DNA of 64,000 nucleotides from positions 137,270,001-137,334,000 of the forward strand of contig NW_024704742.1 of NCBI RefSeq assembly GCF_018977255.1, in the 5' to 3' direction. A program made the position numbers and the translations under genes. The stretch is from Callorhinchus milii. Its lineage: Eukaryota. The notes under the pieces were generated by a model. It had not been told where the DNA came from and did not search any database. It saw nothing but the letters and a program-made list of their open reading frames with translations. Position 1 is the stretch's first letter. Each line of letters begins with the position of its first letter. Of this stretch, positions 13,706-26,115 are shown piece by piece.

Positions 13706-15051
13706 GTACGTAGGTCCTGCCAACATCTATGTTGTTCACATCACTACTGCAGGCAGTGGATCAAGGAGCAGTAAAGGGTTCCTACAGCTCGAGTTGTGTT
13801 CAGTCCTCAGCTCTGCGCTGGCATGTTACTCTGCACAAGCCAGTCTCCTGCTCCCTCTTCTCCAGTTCCCCTTCTCATCCCCATCCCCTTTAAAACCCCT
13901 TCTCTTTGAGTACATATCTGAAGATTTATCCTTTTGAAATAGGTTAAGGAGAGATCCAATCGAGGTGTTCAAAATTATGAGTTTTAATAGAGTAGACAGG
14001 GAGAAACGTTTCCACTGGCGGGTGGGTCAGTAACCAGAGGATACAAATTTAAGATGATTGGCAAGAAACTAGAGAGGAGGAGAATTTTATTTTCACACAG
14101 CATTGTGACAGTCTGGAATGCACTACCTGAAAGGGTGGTGGAAACAGATTCCATGACAACTTTCAAAGGAAAATTAGATAGGTACTTGAAAAGGAAAAAT
14201 TTGCAGGGGTATGGGGAAAGAGCAGGGGAGTGGGACTGATTGGTTAGCTCTTCGAAAGATCCGGCAGAGGCACGATGGGCCGAATGGCCTCCTTCTTTGC
14301 CGTAATATGCCATGATTGCCTCAACTACGATTTGTGACAGTGATTTCCACATGCATCCCAATCTCGGCCCCTCACCCAAGTCGTTCTCCCTCTCCTCTCT
14401 GAGCTACTTGATAGCTGTGTTCTCTCTCACTGTTAATGTCCTAGTAAATTTATGCTGCACTCTCTCTCTCTCTCCAATGTTACAGTAGTACGGCAGTACT
14501 TCAAATGTGATCAGATTAAGAGGAAGCTAGATATACACATGAGAGAGAAGGGAACAGAAGAATATGGAATGGAGTAAGGAGTGAGTGGATACTCGTGAAG
14601 TATAAACACTGGAACGAGCTAGTCTGGCTGAACGGCCTGTTTCAGTGTTGTACATTTTATGTAAATCTATATGATTTATCCAAGGTTTTAGATAAATTTA
14701 CAACTTGCATTTATATGGAAGACCTTCCTCTTCGACCGGGCTTAGGGTCACCTCTTCCCTTCCCCCAGCTTGGCTCGTAGTCAGGCTCTGCCACTGTTAA
14801 GCTCTCCGAGACAGTGCCTCGTGTGAAGGGCACTTTATAAGTTGTTGAGTGCAAAATACTCACCTTGTTTGCCTATATAAACCAGGTTAGTATTCCCTGG
14901 TATTATACACATCCCAGCACCTTGGGACGTCCTCTCGACGTGAAAGCTGCTGTATGATAGAATTTTGTTGTTGGTGTTGTGCATACCATAGCGACGCGTG
15001 ACTGACTGACGTGTAAAGCGGGTGTTAAACGTGAGCTGTGTCTAACCCCAG

Positions 15052-15223
15052 CGAGTGTGAGCAAGAGCGGGGCAGCAACGCCAGCCAGCGAGTCCAGCAG
15101 CAGCAAAAAGGTGGAGGTCATCGACCTCACGCTGGACAGCTCGTCATCTGAGGAAGAGGAGGAGCCCCTCCCGAAGAAAAGGTGCCTGTACCCGTCTGAC
15201 ATTGAGGAAAACGCTGGCAAAGG
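15052..15223 (+). CDS. PIAS2: PIAS2 exon 11 (SUMO-interacting motif and acidic tract)
   Basis: ccag|..KKVEVIDLTLDSSSSEEEEEPLPKKRC..GK|gttagt. Confidence 0.92.
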
Positions 15224-16775
15224 GTTAGTCAAGGCGCGTCTTTCCCTCTTGTCTTCTAACACACACGTGAGTTGGTTTTGCCCAAATAACACTCGGTATT
15301 ATACACAAGGCTTTTGGTTACCTCCTGTTCAATTGAGTCATCTGTCTGGGTTCTGTCTGTCTTGGGATTCAATGATCACAGAGGCTAATGGGACGATCTC
15401 AAGGGCCTGGAATGCAAAAGCGGAAGCGATGCATCAGTTGTACAGAGCCTTGGCCGTATCCTATCTGCAGACCGCGTTCAGTTTTAGGCACCCGCACCTC
15501 AGGAAAGATATATCCTCTCTGGGGGGGGGGTTCACCAGAAAGACCCTAGGGATGAAAGGGTCAAATTGTGAGGACAGGTTACATAAACTTGGTCTGTATT
15601 CCCTGGAGTTCGGAAGGTTGAGGGCTGATCTGATTGAGGTGTTTAAAATCATAAAGGGATTCCATAGGGTAGCTGCAGAGAAACTATTTCCTCTGGTGGG
15701 GAATCCAGAACAAGGGGCAATTTGGCGTGGAACCACAGAAGCACTTTTTCAAGTAGTGGATATCTGGCCCCCTGTCTCCCTCTCCCAAAAGGCTGTGGAT
15801 GTTCGATAAATTGGAATTTTCAAGACTACGGTGAACAGATATCTGTTAGGTCAGGGTATCCAGGGATATGGGGCAAAGGTGGGTAAGTGCAGTTGAGGTT
15901 CAGATCAGCCATGATTTAATTGAATTTACTTAGATTGAATTTATAATTATTTTTGGTATCGAAGTCAATTTTGAGGGGTTCAGGAAGCGTGAGTCCCACC
16001 AGGTGTTCGGATCTATAGGGCTGGATTCGTCCGGATAGACGGTGGGCAACCACTTGTCTCTGGGTCAGAAGGTTGTAGATCCATTCACACGACCTGTGTT
16101 GGGTCTCACAGCCCAGGCTGACACTTCCTTGTTGGGAGGAGGGTAATATAATAATAATAATAATAATCCTTGCATTTGATAGAGCACCTTATATCTCGAG
16201 GCGTCTCAAAGCGCCTCACAGAATACATTGTAAAGTGAATTAACTGTATATTTTGTGAGTGAAACGCAGCAGCCAATTACACACAGCAGCGTCCCACAAA
16301 CAATGGTGGATTGAGTGACCAAATTATTATTTTTTTTGAAGGGATTTTTACCCCCGGAAAAGCGATCCGCCAATCGACTAACAACCATGTTCCTACTTAC
16401 TGCTAAGGTAAACAGAGGCGTGTTAACAGAGGGTGGGGAGAACATGGAGAGCCCAGGTTATGGAGGCAGCTGATGTGTGGAGTGATGTGACTTATATTAG
16501 AAAATAATGTTTGGGGATACAGTATACGAGTAATTTGAGACATGACATATAGTAAGTGTAGAATGGCTCGGAAGAACCAGGCAACTTTGGATCTAAGGTT
16601 CCCAAAGCTTCCCGCTGTGTTGTAGACTACACAGTCCATACAGAATTAATCGCTATCGACATCTCCATTACTTTAGCAAGCGACGGCCAGGATAGTAGAA
16701 GGTGGACTAGATGGACCTGGGTCTGTTGTTGTCCATCTGCCCTGTGATGCTATGTGTGTTTACTGTGCTCTGCAG

Positions 16776-16903
16776 GGTCCTCACGTACCAGCCCTCCTCG
16801 CTCCGGGTCCCCCCCGTGGACTCCAGTTTCCTGCCCCAGCTCTCGGACTACCCAGCTGCGTTCCACCACTCGACCATGTCCACACTACCCCCAGAGATAC
16901 ACA
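16776..16903 (+). CDS. PIAS2: PIAS2 exon 12
   Basis: gcag|VLTYQPSSLRVP..DYPAAFHH..PPEIH|gtaagc, phase-1 end. Confidence 0.92.
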
Positions 16904-17029
16904 GTAAGCTGCCGCTGGGGCCCCTTCTCTCCCTTTCATCTCTCCCCTTCTTTCATTCATTCAGCGCCTTGGGATGTCCTCCCGATGTGAAAGGCGCCAT
17001 GCAAATGTAATTTTGTATTGTATTGTGGT

Positions 17030-17435
17030 ACAAATAGGAAGTTCTGCTGAACCTTTACAAGACACTGGTTAGGCCTCAGCTGGAGTATTGCGTCCAATTC
17101 TGGGCACCGCACTTTAGGAAGGATATCAAGGCCTTGGAGAGGATGCAGAGGAAATTTACCAGAATGGTACCAGAGATGAGGGACTTCAGTTATGTGGAGA
17201 GACTAGAGAAGCTGGGATTGTTCTCCTTAGAGCAGAGAAGGTTATGGGTAGTTTTAATAGAGGTGTTCAAAATTATGAGGGGTTTTGATAAGAGTGGAGA
17301 TAGGGAGAAACTGTTTCCATTGGCAGGTGGGTCAGTAACCAGGGGACATGGATTCAAGATAATTGGCCAGAGGGGAGATGAGGAGACATTTTTTTCCACA
17401 GTTAAGGCCTGAAAGAGTGGTGGAAACAGATTCAA
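17030..17435 (+). mobile_element. CR1 LINE 3' fragment cut at the left inversion breakpoint
   Basis: LVRPQLEYCVQFWAP/LEKLGLFSLEQRRL CR1 ORF2 end; stops at ..gaaacagattcaa. Confidence 0.85.
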
Positions 17436-17821
17436 ATTGTGGTCGCTGCTGTGCGCAATCGGTTACCACGTTCACCCACGAAAATACAGTCACTACACTT
17501 TACAGTAAATCCTGCGAAGCCCTTTTGAGACGTCCTCCCACCTACACCAAATGCAGGGATTGTTATTCTCCGCACGTGTGTGTACCTGTAATATGTATGT
17601 GCCTGTTTTTGTGTGTGTGAATAGTCGTGGTAGGAGGTGATGCCCTCTTTATCTCCCACCTTGACTTCTCCAATGCCCTTCTCACCGGTCTCACCAGCTT
17701 TGCCGCCCACACTGAACTCTGTACCCCTATCACCCCAGTCCTCGCCAGGCTCCACTTGCTCCCTATCACAGAACGGATCGAATTCAAGACCCTCTCACAC
17801 GTCTACAGATCCCTTCACGCC

Positions 17822-18835
17822 CTCTCTACCTCTCTAACCTACCTACTCCCCACGCCCTGGCACCTCTCTACCTCTCTAACCTGCCTACTCCCCACGCCCT
17901 GGCACCTCTCTACCTCTCTAACCTGCCTACTCCCCACGCCCTGGCACCTCTCTACCTCTCTAACCTGCCTACTCCCCACTCCCTGGCACCTCTCTACCTC
18001 TCTAACCTGCCTACTCCCCACGCCCTGGCACCTCTCTACCTCTCTAACCTGCCTACTCCCCACGCCTGGCACCTCTCTACCTCTCTAACCTGCCTACTCC
18101 CCACGCCCTGGCACCTCTCTACCTCTCTAACCTGCCTACTCCCACACCTGGCACCTCTCTACCTCTCTAACCTGCCTACTCCCCACGCCCTGGCACCTCT
18201 CTACCTCTCTAACCTGCCTACCCACACCCTGGCACCTCTCTACCTCTCTAACCTGCCTACTCCCCACGCCCTGGCACCTCTCTACCTCTCTAACCTGCCT
18301 ACTCCCCACGCCCTGGCACCTCCCTACCTCTCTAACCTGCCTACTCCCACGCCCTGGCACCTCCCTACCTCTCTAACCTGCCTACTCCCACGCCCTGGCA
18401 CCTCTCTACCTCTCTAACCTGCCTACTCCCCACGCCCTGGCACCTCTCTACCTCTCTAACCTGCCTACTCCCCATGCCCTGGCACCTCTCTACCTCTCTC
18501 ACCTGCCTACTCCCCACGCCCTGGCACCTCTCTACCTCTCTAACCTGCCTACTCCCCACGCCCTGGCACCTCTCTACCTCTCTAACCTGCCTACTCCCCA
18601 CGCCCTGGCACCTCTCTACCTCTCTAACCTGCCTACTCCCCACGCTCTGGCACCTCTCTACCTCTCTAACCTGCCTACTCCCCACACCCTGGCACCTCTC
18701 TACCTCTCTAACCTGCCTACTCCCCACGCCCTGGCACCTCCCTACCTCTCTAACCTGCCTACTCCCCACGCCCTGGCACCTCCCTACCTCTCTAACCTGC
18801 CTACTCCCCACGCCCTGGCACCTCTCTACCTCTCC
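17822..18835. repeat. 42-bp minisatellite (~24 units) within an L2 remnant
   Basis: cctctctacctctctaacctgcctactccccacgccctggca repeated. Confidence 0.95.
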
Positions 18836-19130
18836 GAATCTGCTTACTCCCCACTCCACTACCCGCTGCCTTTGCTTGACTGGCTCTGGCCTCCTGCTTC
18901 CTCGGTCCCCACCACTCCACCATCTGCGCCCGCGTTTTCAGCCACTACGCCCCAACATTCTCCCTCAATCCCTCCGCCTTGCCCCCCCCCCCCCCCACTC
19001 CTTCCCCAGCTTCAGGTCGCGTCTAAAGACCTTCCTCTTCGCCGGCGTTTTACAGTCGCCTCCTCCCCTCTCCATGTCAGGCCGTTAAGCGCTCGGAGAC
19101 GCTACCCCGTGTGAAGGGCGTGAATGCAAG

Positions 19131-21125
19131 TTGTTGTGTCTCTGTGTGCGGGTCTCTGTGCGGGTCTCTGTGTGGGTCTCTGTGTGGGTGTGTTTGTCTC
19201 TCTCTGGCTCTGTGTGTGTGTGTGTCTCTCTCTCTCTCTGTGACAGTGTGTGTCTATTTCTATGTCTGTGTGTGTCTATGCGTCTCTCTGGGTATAGGTG
19301 TGTGTCTTTCTCTGTGTGTCTCTCTGTGGGTGTGTGTGTGTGGGGGGGGGTCTCTGTGTGTGTGTGTGTGTGTGTCTGTCTGTCTCTGTCTGTGTGTTTG
19401 TCGGTGTGTGTCTGTGCATGTGTCTCTCTGTCTGTGTGTGGGTAGGTCTGTGTGTGTGTGTGTGTATCTGTCTCTCTGTGTGTTTCTCTCTGTGTCTGTG
19501 TGTGTGTGTCTGTGTGTGTGTCTCTCTGTGTCTGTGTGTGTGTGTCTGTGTGTGTGTGTGTGTCTGTCTCTCTGTGTCTGTGTGTGGGTAGGTCTGTGTG
19601 TGTGTGTGTCTCTCTGTGTTATTCTCTCTGTGTCTATGTGTGTGTGTGTGTGTGTGTGGGTAGGTCTGTGTGTGTGTGTGTATCTATCTCTCTGTGTCTG
19701 TCTCTCTGTGTCTGTGTGTGTGTGTCTGTGTGTGTGTGTGTCTGTGTGTGTGTCTCTCGCTGTGTCTGTGTGTGGGTAGGTCTGTGTGTGTGTGTGTCTC
19801 TCTGTGTTATTCTCTCTGTGTCTGTGTGTGTGTGTGTGTGTGTGTGGGTAGGTCTGTGTGTGTGTATGTCTCTCTGTGTCTGTGTGTGTGTGTGTGTGTC
19901 TCTCTGTGTGTGTCTCTCTGTGTCTGTGTGTGTGTGTGTTTCTCTCTGTGTCTGTGTGTGGGTAGGTCTGTGTGTGTGTGTGTGTGTGTGGGTGTGTGTG
20001 TGTGGGTCTGTGTGTGTGTGTCAGTATCTTACCTCTTGATGTAGTTTTTCCCGTTTAAGATGTGTTGGAGAAGTGTCACGATGGCAAAGGCAGAGATGAA
20101 GATAAAAAACAGGGATCGGTTCCCCAAAATGTCCTTTCCTGAGCGTTCAGAGTAACCCATTCCCTCTGTGTTTTCTGTGTCCCTGTCCCTGTGTGGGTGT
20201 GTGTGTCCCTGTGTGTGTGTGTGTCTATGTCCCTGTGTGTGTGTCTATGTCCCTGTGTGTGTGTGTGTCTATGTCCCTGTGTGTGTCTGTCCCTGTGTGA
20301 GTGTCTATGTCCCTGTGTGTGTGTCCCTGTGTGTGTGTGTCCCTGTGTGTGTCCCTGTGTGTGTGTCTATGTCCCTGTGTGTCTGTCCCTGTGTGTGTGT
20401 GTCCCTGTGTGTGTCCCTGTGTGTGTGTGTGTCCCTGTGTGTGTGTCCCTGTGTGTGTGTGTGTGTCTGTGTGTGTGTGTGGCTCTGAGCTGCTATTTAA
20501 TAGACACAGACGCATTGAGCCCTTTTCACGTCCGAGCCCTCCTCTCCTCTCCTTCCCTCCCCCCCTCTCCACCCCCTCTCCTTCCCTCCCTCCCCCTCCC
20601 TCTCCTTCCCTCCCCCTCTCCCCCCTCTCCTTCCCTCCCTCCACCCTCTCCCCCTCCCTCTCCTTCCCTCCCCCCTCCCCCCCTTCCCTCCCTCCCACCC
20701 ATTCCCCCCCTTCCCACCCATTCCCCCTCCCTCTCCCCCCCCCCCTCACTCACTCCTCCCCCTCCCTCTCCCTCTCTCCCTCTCCCCCCCTCCCCTCCCC
20801 CCTCTCCCCCCTTCCTCCTCCTCTCCCTCTTCCCCTCCTCCCCCCTCCCTCTCCCCTCCTCTCCCTCTTCCCTCCTCTCCCCCCCCTCCTCTCCCTCTTC
20901 CCCCCTCCTCCCCTCTCCCCCACTCCCCTCTCCCCCACTCCCCTCTCCCCCTCCTCTCCCTTTCCCCCTCTCCCCTCTCCCCCTCCTCCTCCTCTTCCTC
21001 TCCCCCCCCCTCTCCCCTCTCCCCCCCCTCACCCCTCTCCCCCCCTCACCCCTCTCCCCCCTTCCCACCCATTCCCCCCCCTCCTCTCCCCCTCCCCTCT
21101 CCCCCCCTCCCTCTCCCCCCCCCCC
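19131..21125. repeat. GT-rich simple repeats flanking ST8SIA5 exon 1, then a ~590-bp C/T-rich tract (20540-21125)
   Basis: Direct reading. Confidence 0.9.
20033..20160 (-). CDS. ST8SIA5: ST8SIA5 exon 1 (cytoplasmic tail and transmembrane signal anchor), minus strand inside the inversion
   Basis: [42 protein letters not shown] ag|gtaaga; compare human ..DLLGSRTLLFIFICAFALVTLLQQILYGRNYIKR; phase 2 joins exon 2. Confidence 0.93.
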
Positions 21126-21287
21126 TCTCCAGACTGCCTCCTGTGATATGCAACTCAGTGGGAAGCTGCAGGAAGACCCCCCACAGAGCATTCCTGTGTC
21201 ACAGAGACTGCAGCTCATAACCGCCTCTCTCCTCTCTCTGTGTCTCAGGTTCTCAGTGTCCGTTCAGCCCCAACAGCACCGCGATCT

Positions 21288-22080
21288 GGGGGGGGGGGGG
21301 GAGGTCTGTGCAGAGAGGGGGGGGTCTGTGCAGAGAGGGGGGGTCTGTGCACAGAGGGGGGGTCTGTGCAGAGAGGGGTGTCTGTGTAGAGAGGGGGGGG
21401 TCTGTGCACAGAGGGGGGGGTCTGTGCAGAGAGGGGGGGGTCTGTGTAGAGAGGGGGGGTCTGTGCACAGAGGGGGGGTCTGTGCACAGAGGGGGGGGGT
21501 CTGTGCAGAGAGGGGGGTCTGTGCACAGAGGGGGGGGTCTGTGCAGAGAGGGGGGGGGGGTCTGTGCAGAGAGGGGGGGGGGTCTGTGCACAGAGGGGGC
21601 GGGTCTGTGCACAGAGGGGGGGGTCTGTGCACAGAGGGGGGGGTCTGTGCACAGAGGGGGGGTCTGTGCAGAGAGGGGGGGGTCTGTGCACAGAGGGGGT
21701 GGGTCTGTGCACAGAGGGGTGGGTCTGTGCACAGAGGGGGGGTCTGTGCACAGAGGGGGGGGGTCTGTGCACAGAGGGGTGGGTCTGTGCACAGAGGGGG
21801 GGGTCTGTGCACAGAGGGGGGGGGTCTGTGCAGAGAGGGGGGAGTCTGTGCAGAGAGGGGGGGGGGAGTCTGTGCAGTGAGAGTGGGGTGGGGGGAAGAG
21901 TCTGTACAGAGAGTGTGGGTGGGGGGGCGGGGAGAGCCTTTACAGAGAGTGGGGGGGTCTGTACAGAGAGAGTGTGGGGGGGGGGGATGGGGAGAGTCTA
22001 TACATAGAGAGAGTGGGGGGGGGGAGAGTCTGTACAGAGAGTGGGGGGGGGGAGAGTCTGTACAGAGTGGGGTGGGGGGG
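21288..22080. repeat. ~20-bp G-run minisatellite with a palindromic core
   Basis: (G)n-tctgtgcacaga-(G)n units. Confidence 0.9.
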
Positions 22081-22389
22081 GGGTTAGAGAGAGACCAAAT
22101 GGATTGAGTGACCAAATTATTATTTTTTTGGAGGGATTATTAGTCCTGGAAAGCGATCGGTCTATCGACTGACGACCGGGTTCCCAATTACCGCTGTAGG
22201 TAAAAATAAAAAAAAAACACCCCCAATAATGCTAATTTTCCAGATATTAAATAAAAATGGGAATTAATGTGAATTGATTGCATTGTTGCAATAATTTTTA
22301 AACCTATTCTGATATTGTAATACACTACAATTATTATAATCCTAAATATAATTATATTATTGTGTTATGTGATATTGATAATATTGTTA

Positions 22390-22876
22390 CACCCACAAAC
22401 ACACTCTCATACACACCCACACACTCTCTCACACACACCCACACACACACATTCACATACACACCCACACACACTCTCACACACACCCACACACACACTC
22501 ACATACACACCCACACACTCTCACACACACACCCACACACCCACACACACTCTCACACACACCCACACTCACATACACACCCACACACACTCTCACACAC
22601 ACACCCACACACACCCACACACACTCTCACATACACACCCACACACTCACATACACACCCACACACACTCTCACACACACCCACACACACCCACACACAC
22701 TCTCACATACACACCCACACACTCACATACACACCCACACACTCACATACACACCCATTCTCACATACACACCCACAAACACTCACACATACACACCCAC
22801 AAACACTCACACATACACACCCACAAACACTCTCACACATACACACCCACAAACACTCACACACATACACACACAA
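22390..22876. repeat. CA-rich simple repeat
   Basis: Direct reading. Confidence 0.9.
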
Positions 22877-24902
22877 ACAGTCGTGGATTGAGTGGCCAAT
22901 TTATTATCATTTTATTTATTTATTTTTGATGAGATCATGACTCCCTCAATGCAATCCAATTGACTAACAACCTGGTTCTTACTTACTACTAGGTAAACGG
23001 AGGCATGAGGAGCAAGGAAACTTACCTGCCCAGGAACCCTGCCTACCCAGTTACTCCCTGCCCAGGAAACAAGCCGGGCTTGTGATGCGAGTGCTCGAAC
23101 CACTACACTTATAATAATAATAATAATAATCCTTGCATTTGATATAGCGCTTTTCACGTCTGGAGGACGTCCCAAAGCGCTTCACAGAACACACTGTAAA
23201 GTGAATTGACTGTATATTTGTGGGCGAACGCGGCAGCCAATTGCGCACAGCAATGTCCCACAAACAGTCGTAGGTTGAAAATGACCAATTTATTATTGTT
23301 TTTTGTTTTGGAGGGATTATTATTAGGCTCTGTGTGGAGTAAGGAAACTTGCCCGAGGTTTCGCCCTCTGCCTGGGATTGAACTCAGGTCTCTCACTTGC
23401 AAAGCGAGTGCTCTAACCACTGAGCTACAGGACTCCAGTTCAGGACTCCACATACATCCCACCTACACATGGAAATTCCAGAGACAGATTGTTGGAATGG
23501 GATTTGACACTAAATTACTCAAAGCCCAACCTCCCTTCCTCTGACATTCACCTCCTCTACATGCTCAGCTACCTCAGGGCTGCTGTGTTTCCCTCAGTCT
23601 CGATGGCCCCATCAGCAGTTGAGCGTTCAGCTATTTCACCGCTAACCTCTGCACCTTCTACCCTTCTGTCTCGCCCCCCTCACCTCTGTCTCGCACCCCC
23701 CTTCACCTCTCTGCCTTGCCCCCCCCACCCCTCTGTCTCACCCCCTGCCTTGCTCCCTCTCAACCCTCTGCCTCTTCAACCGTGCTTATGGTTACCTCCC
23801 CCTCCCCTTGCTCGGTGCCAGGCTCCGCCACTGTTAAGCGCTCCGAGACACTATCCCACATGAAGGATGCAATATAAGTTGCGGTTGTTGGATTCGATCT
23901 CACTGATTCCTTTATTCGGGGTCCGACCCCCCCCCCCCCCATCTCTGTGCCGCGCTCCGAGACATTTTATTCCACGTGGAGAGTGGAGGGTGTATAACAA
24001 CAGGACGGCGTTGTGGGTGCACAGTATGGATGGAAATAATCCTCAAGGATTTACCCTAATAGGCCCCTCCTGTGGCCAGTTACAGCACAGCTAAACCTCA
24101 CCAAGGTTCCAATCAAGGTCACGTCAGAAAAATATCTGACGCTTCCAACGCAGTGCTGGGGAGACCTCTGCATTGGTGGAGGTGTTGTCCTTTGGATCGG
24201 GTTATAAACCAAAGTCTTGTCCGCCTGTTCCGGTGGACCTTAAAGATCCCTCGGTGCTATGTGCAAAGAGTGGGGTGGTTTTCTCTGTGTCCCGCCCAAC
24301 AATCCTCCAGATAAAATTGTTTTTTCGCCTCACGGATGTTTGTGGGATAGTGGTGTTGTTGCTGGCAAAACTGGCTGTCACATTTTCCTGCAAAATTCAC
24401 ATAGGGTAACATTTCTGCAGTCCTGTAGCTCAGTGGTTAGTGCACTCGCCACTCGAGTGAGAGACCTGGGTTTGATTCCCGATAGGGCAAAATGTTGGGC
24501 AATTTTCCTTACTCCACACGACTCTATTTACTTAGCAGGAAGTAGGAACCCGGTTGTTAGTCGATTGGCTATCAATGGTGAGCTATACGGTTTTGACTCA
24601 TTAAAATCCAGCAGTTACCCCAATACACACTCTGGGGTCCCCATGCCTTTTGGCCCCTGCCAACCTGCGCCTAATACTGAGTGGAATTAGGTAAGCAGGA
24701 TACATACCTCCACATGGGGGGGGGGGGGAATGGGGGGAAGAGAGAAGTGTGCACTGCATTCCAGTCACGGGAATGTCCACATGTCGGTGGAATGCACGGA
24801 ACTCTCAGTTAGTAATAATCCTTGAATTTGATATAGCGCTCATCATGTCTTTGAGTCGTCTGAAAGTGTTTCATAGAAAACTGTATTTTGTGGGAGCCAA
24901 TT

Positions 24903-25443
24903 GGGTAGGGCATGGAAGGGTAAGACAGGGAGGGTAGGGCAGGGAAGGGCAGGGCAGGGAAGAGAAGGGTAGGGCAAGGCAGGGTAGGGCAGGGAGGGTA
25001 GGGTAGGGCAGGGAAGGGCTGGGCAGGGTAGGGCAGGGTAGAACAGGGCGGCAGGGCAGGGCAGGGTAGGGCAGGGCAGGGAAGGGTAGGGCAGGGAAGG
25101 AGGGCAGGGTAGGGTAGAGCAGGGCAGGGTAGAACAGGGCGGTAGGGCAGGGCAGGGCAGGGAAGGGAAGGGAAGGGTAGGGCAGGGAAGGGTAGGGCAG
25201 GGAAGGGTAGGGCAGGGCAGGGCTGGGCAGGGAAGGGCAAGGTAGGGCAGGGTAGCGTAGGGCAGGGTAGGGAGGGCAGGGTAGGGAGGGTAGGGTAGGG
25301 AGGGTAGGGTAGGGCAGCGCAGTATAGGGCACGGCAGGGCAGGGAAGGGCAGGCAGGGTAGGGAGGGTAGGGGAAGGTAGGGTAGGGCAGGGTAGGGGTA
25401 GGGAAGGACAGGGCAGTGTAGGGCAGGGCAGGTGGGGGAGGGG
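24903..25443. repeat. (GGGCA/GGGTA/GGGAA)n pentamer array
   Basis: Direct reading; abuts the CpG island. Confidence 0.9.
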
Positions 25444-25479
25444 TCAGACACACACTGACCACAAACCATCATGCAGCAC

Positions 25480-26115
25480 AGGGTGGGTGTGGGAGGGGTC
25501 ACGTGGGGAGCACGTTACGTTGACGCACGACGTCAAGGCGTCGTGGCCCAGGTCTCCCGCTCCGCAAAGCCGAGTGTCCGTGAGGGAGCGCGAGAGGAGG
25601 AGGACAGTGTCCCGGTTGTAATCGGGGAACATCCGCCCACATGGTCAGTGATAATCCCCGCCGACGGCCCGAGCGGGCAGCGGGGCGTCCCGTCCGCCAT
25701 CCCAGGCCGCCATTTGTGACCGATGATGCTTCGTTTTCGGGATAAACTTAACCGTCGGCGGTCGGGCGCGCGGATGGACGGACGGACGGCCGCTTCCCCG
25801 CGCGGTTCCCGGCCTCTCGCCGCCGCCGCCGCCGGAGGGGCGGGCGGGCGGTGACGACGCTGCGGCCGCTTCATCAGGAGATTGCGGTGCACCGCGCGGA
25901 AAGCTTTCGTGGTTCGGTTGCGGCGGCCCCGCGCGCGCAGGGGCGGGGAGGGGGTCGAGGTATCCAGCAATTGCCGGACCCCCCCTCCCTCAGGTCCCGC
26001 CCGCTTCCCCGCCGCTGATTGGCTGGCAGTGACGTCATTGATCACCGAGCCCCCCCTGCTTTGATTGGCTGCTCGGGGTGTCGATCAACCCCTCCGCCCC
26101 GCCCACTCAGTCTTT
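25480..26115. promoter_or_regulatory. CpG-island promoter
   Basis: Dense CpG; E-box CACGTG 25500, ATF/CRE-like sites 25521-25535, YY1 GCCGCCATTT 25706, reverse CCAAT 26018 and 26064, CRE TGACGTCA 26030, GC boxes 26094-26104, Inr-like TCAGTCT 26107. Confidence 0.8.

Noticed and set aside
15224..15809. Long extension of the PIAS2 exon 11 ORF
   Set aside because: Read-through past the donor into a CR1 remnant
20191..22107. 638-aa ORF and other long ORFs at 17.6-22.9 kb, 24.8-25.5 kb and 33.1-33.7 kb
   Set aside because: Translations of simple repeats and minisatellites that lack stop codons
25700..25900. CUGAUGA (minus strand, 25871-25877) as a hammerhead core or C box; also considered TERC or SCARNA17
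   Set aside because: No correctly placed GAAA and stems, no convincing D-box guide, no telomere template
25533..26045. 170-aa minus-strand ORF in the CpG island
   Set aside because: GC-rich open frame with no recognisable homology; overlaps promoter motifs
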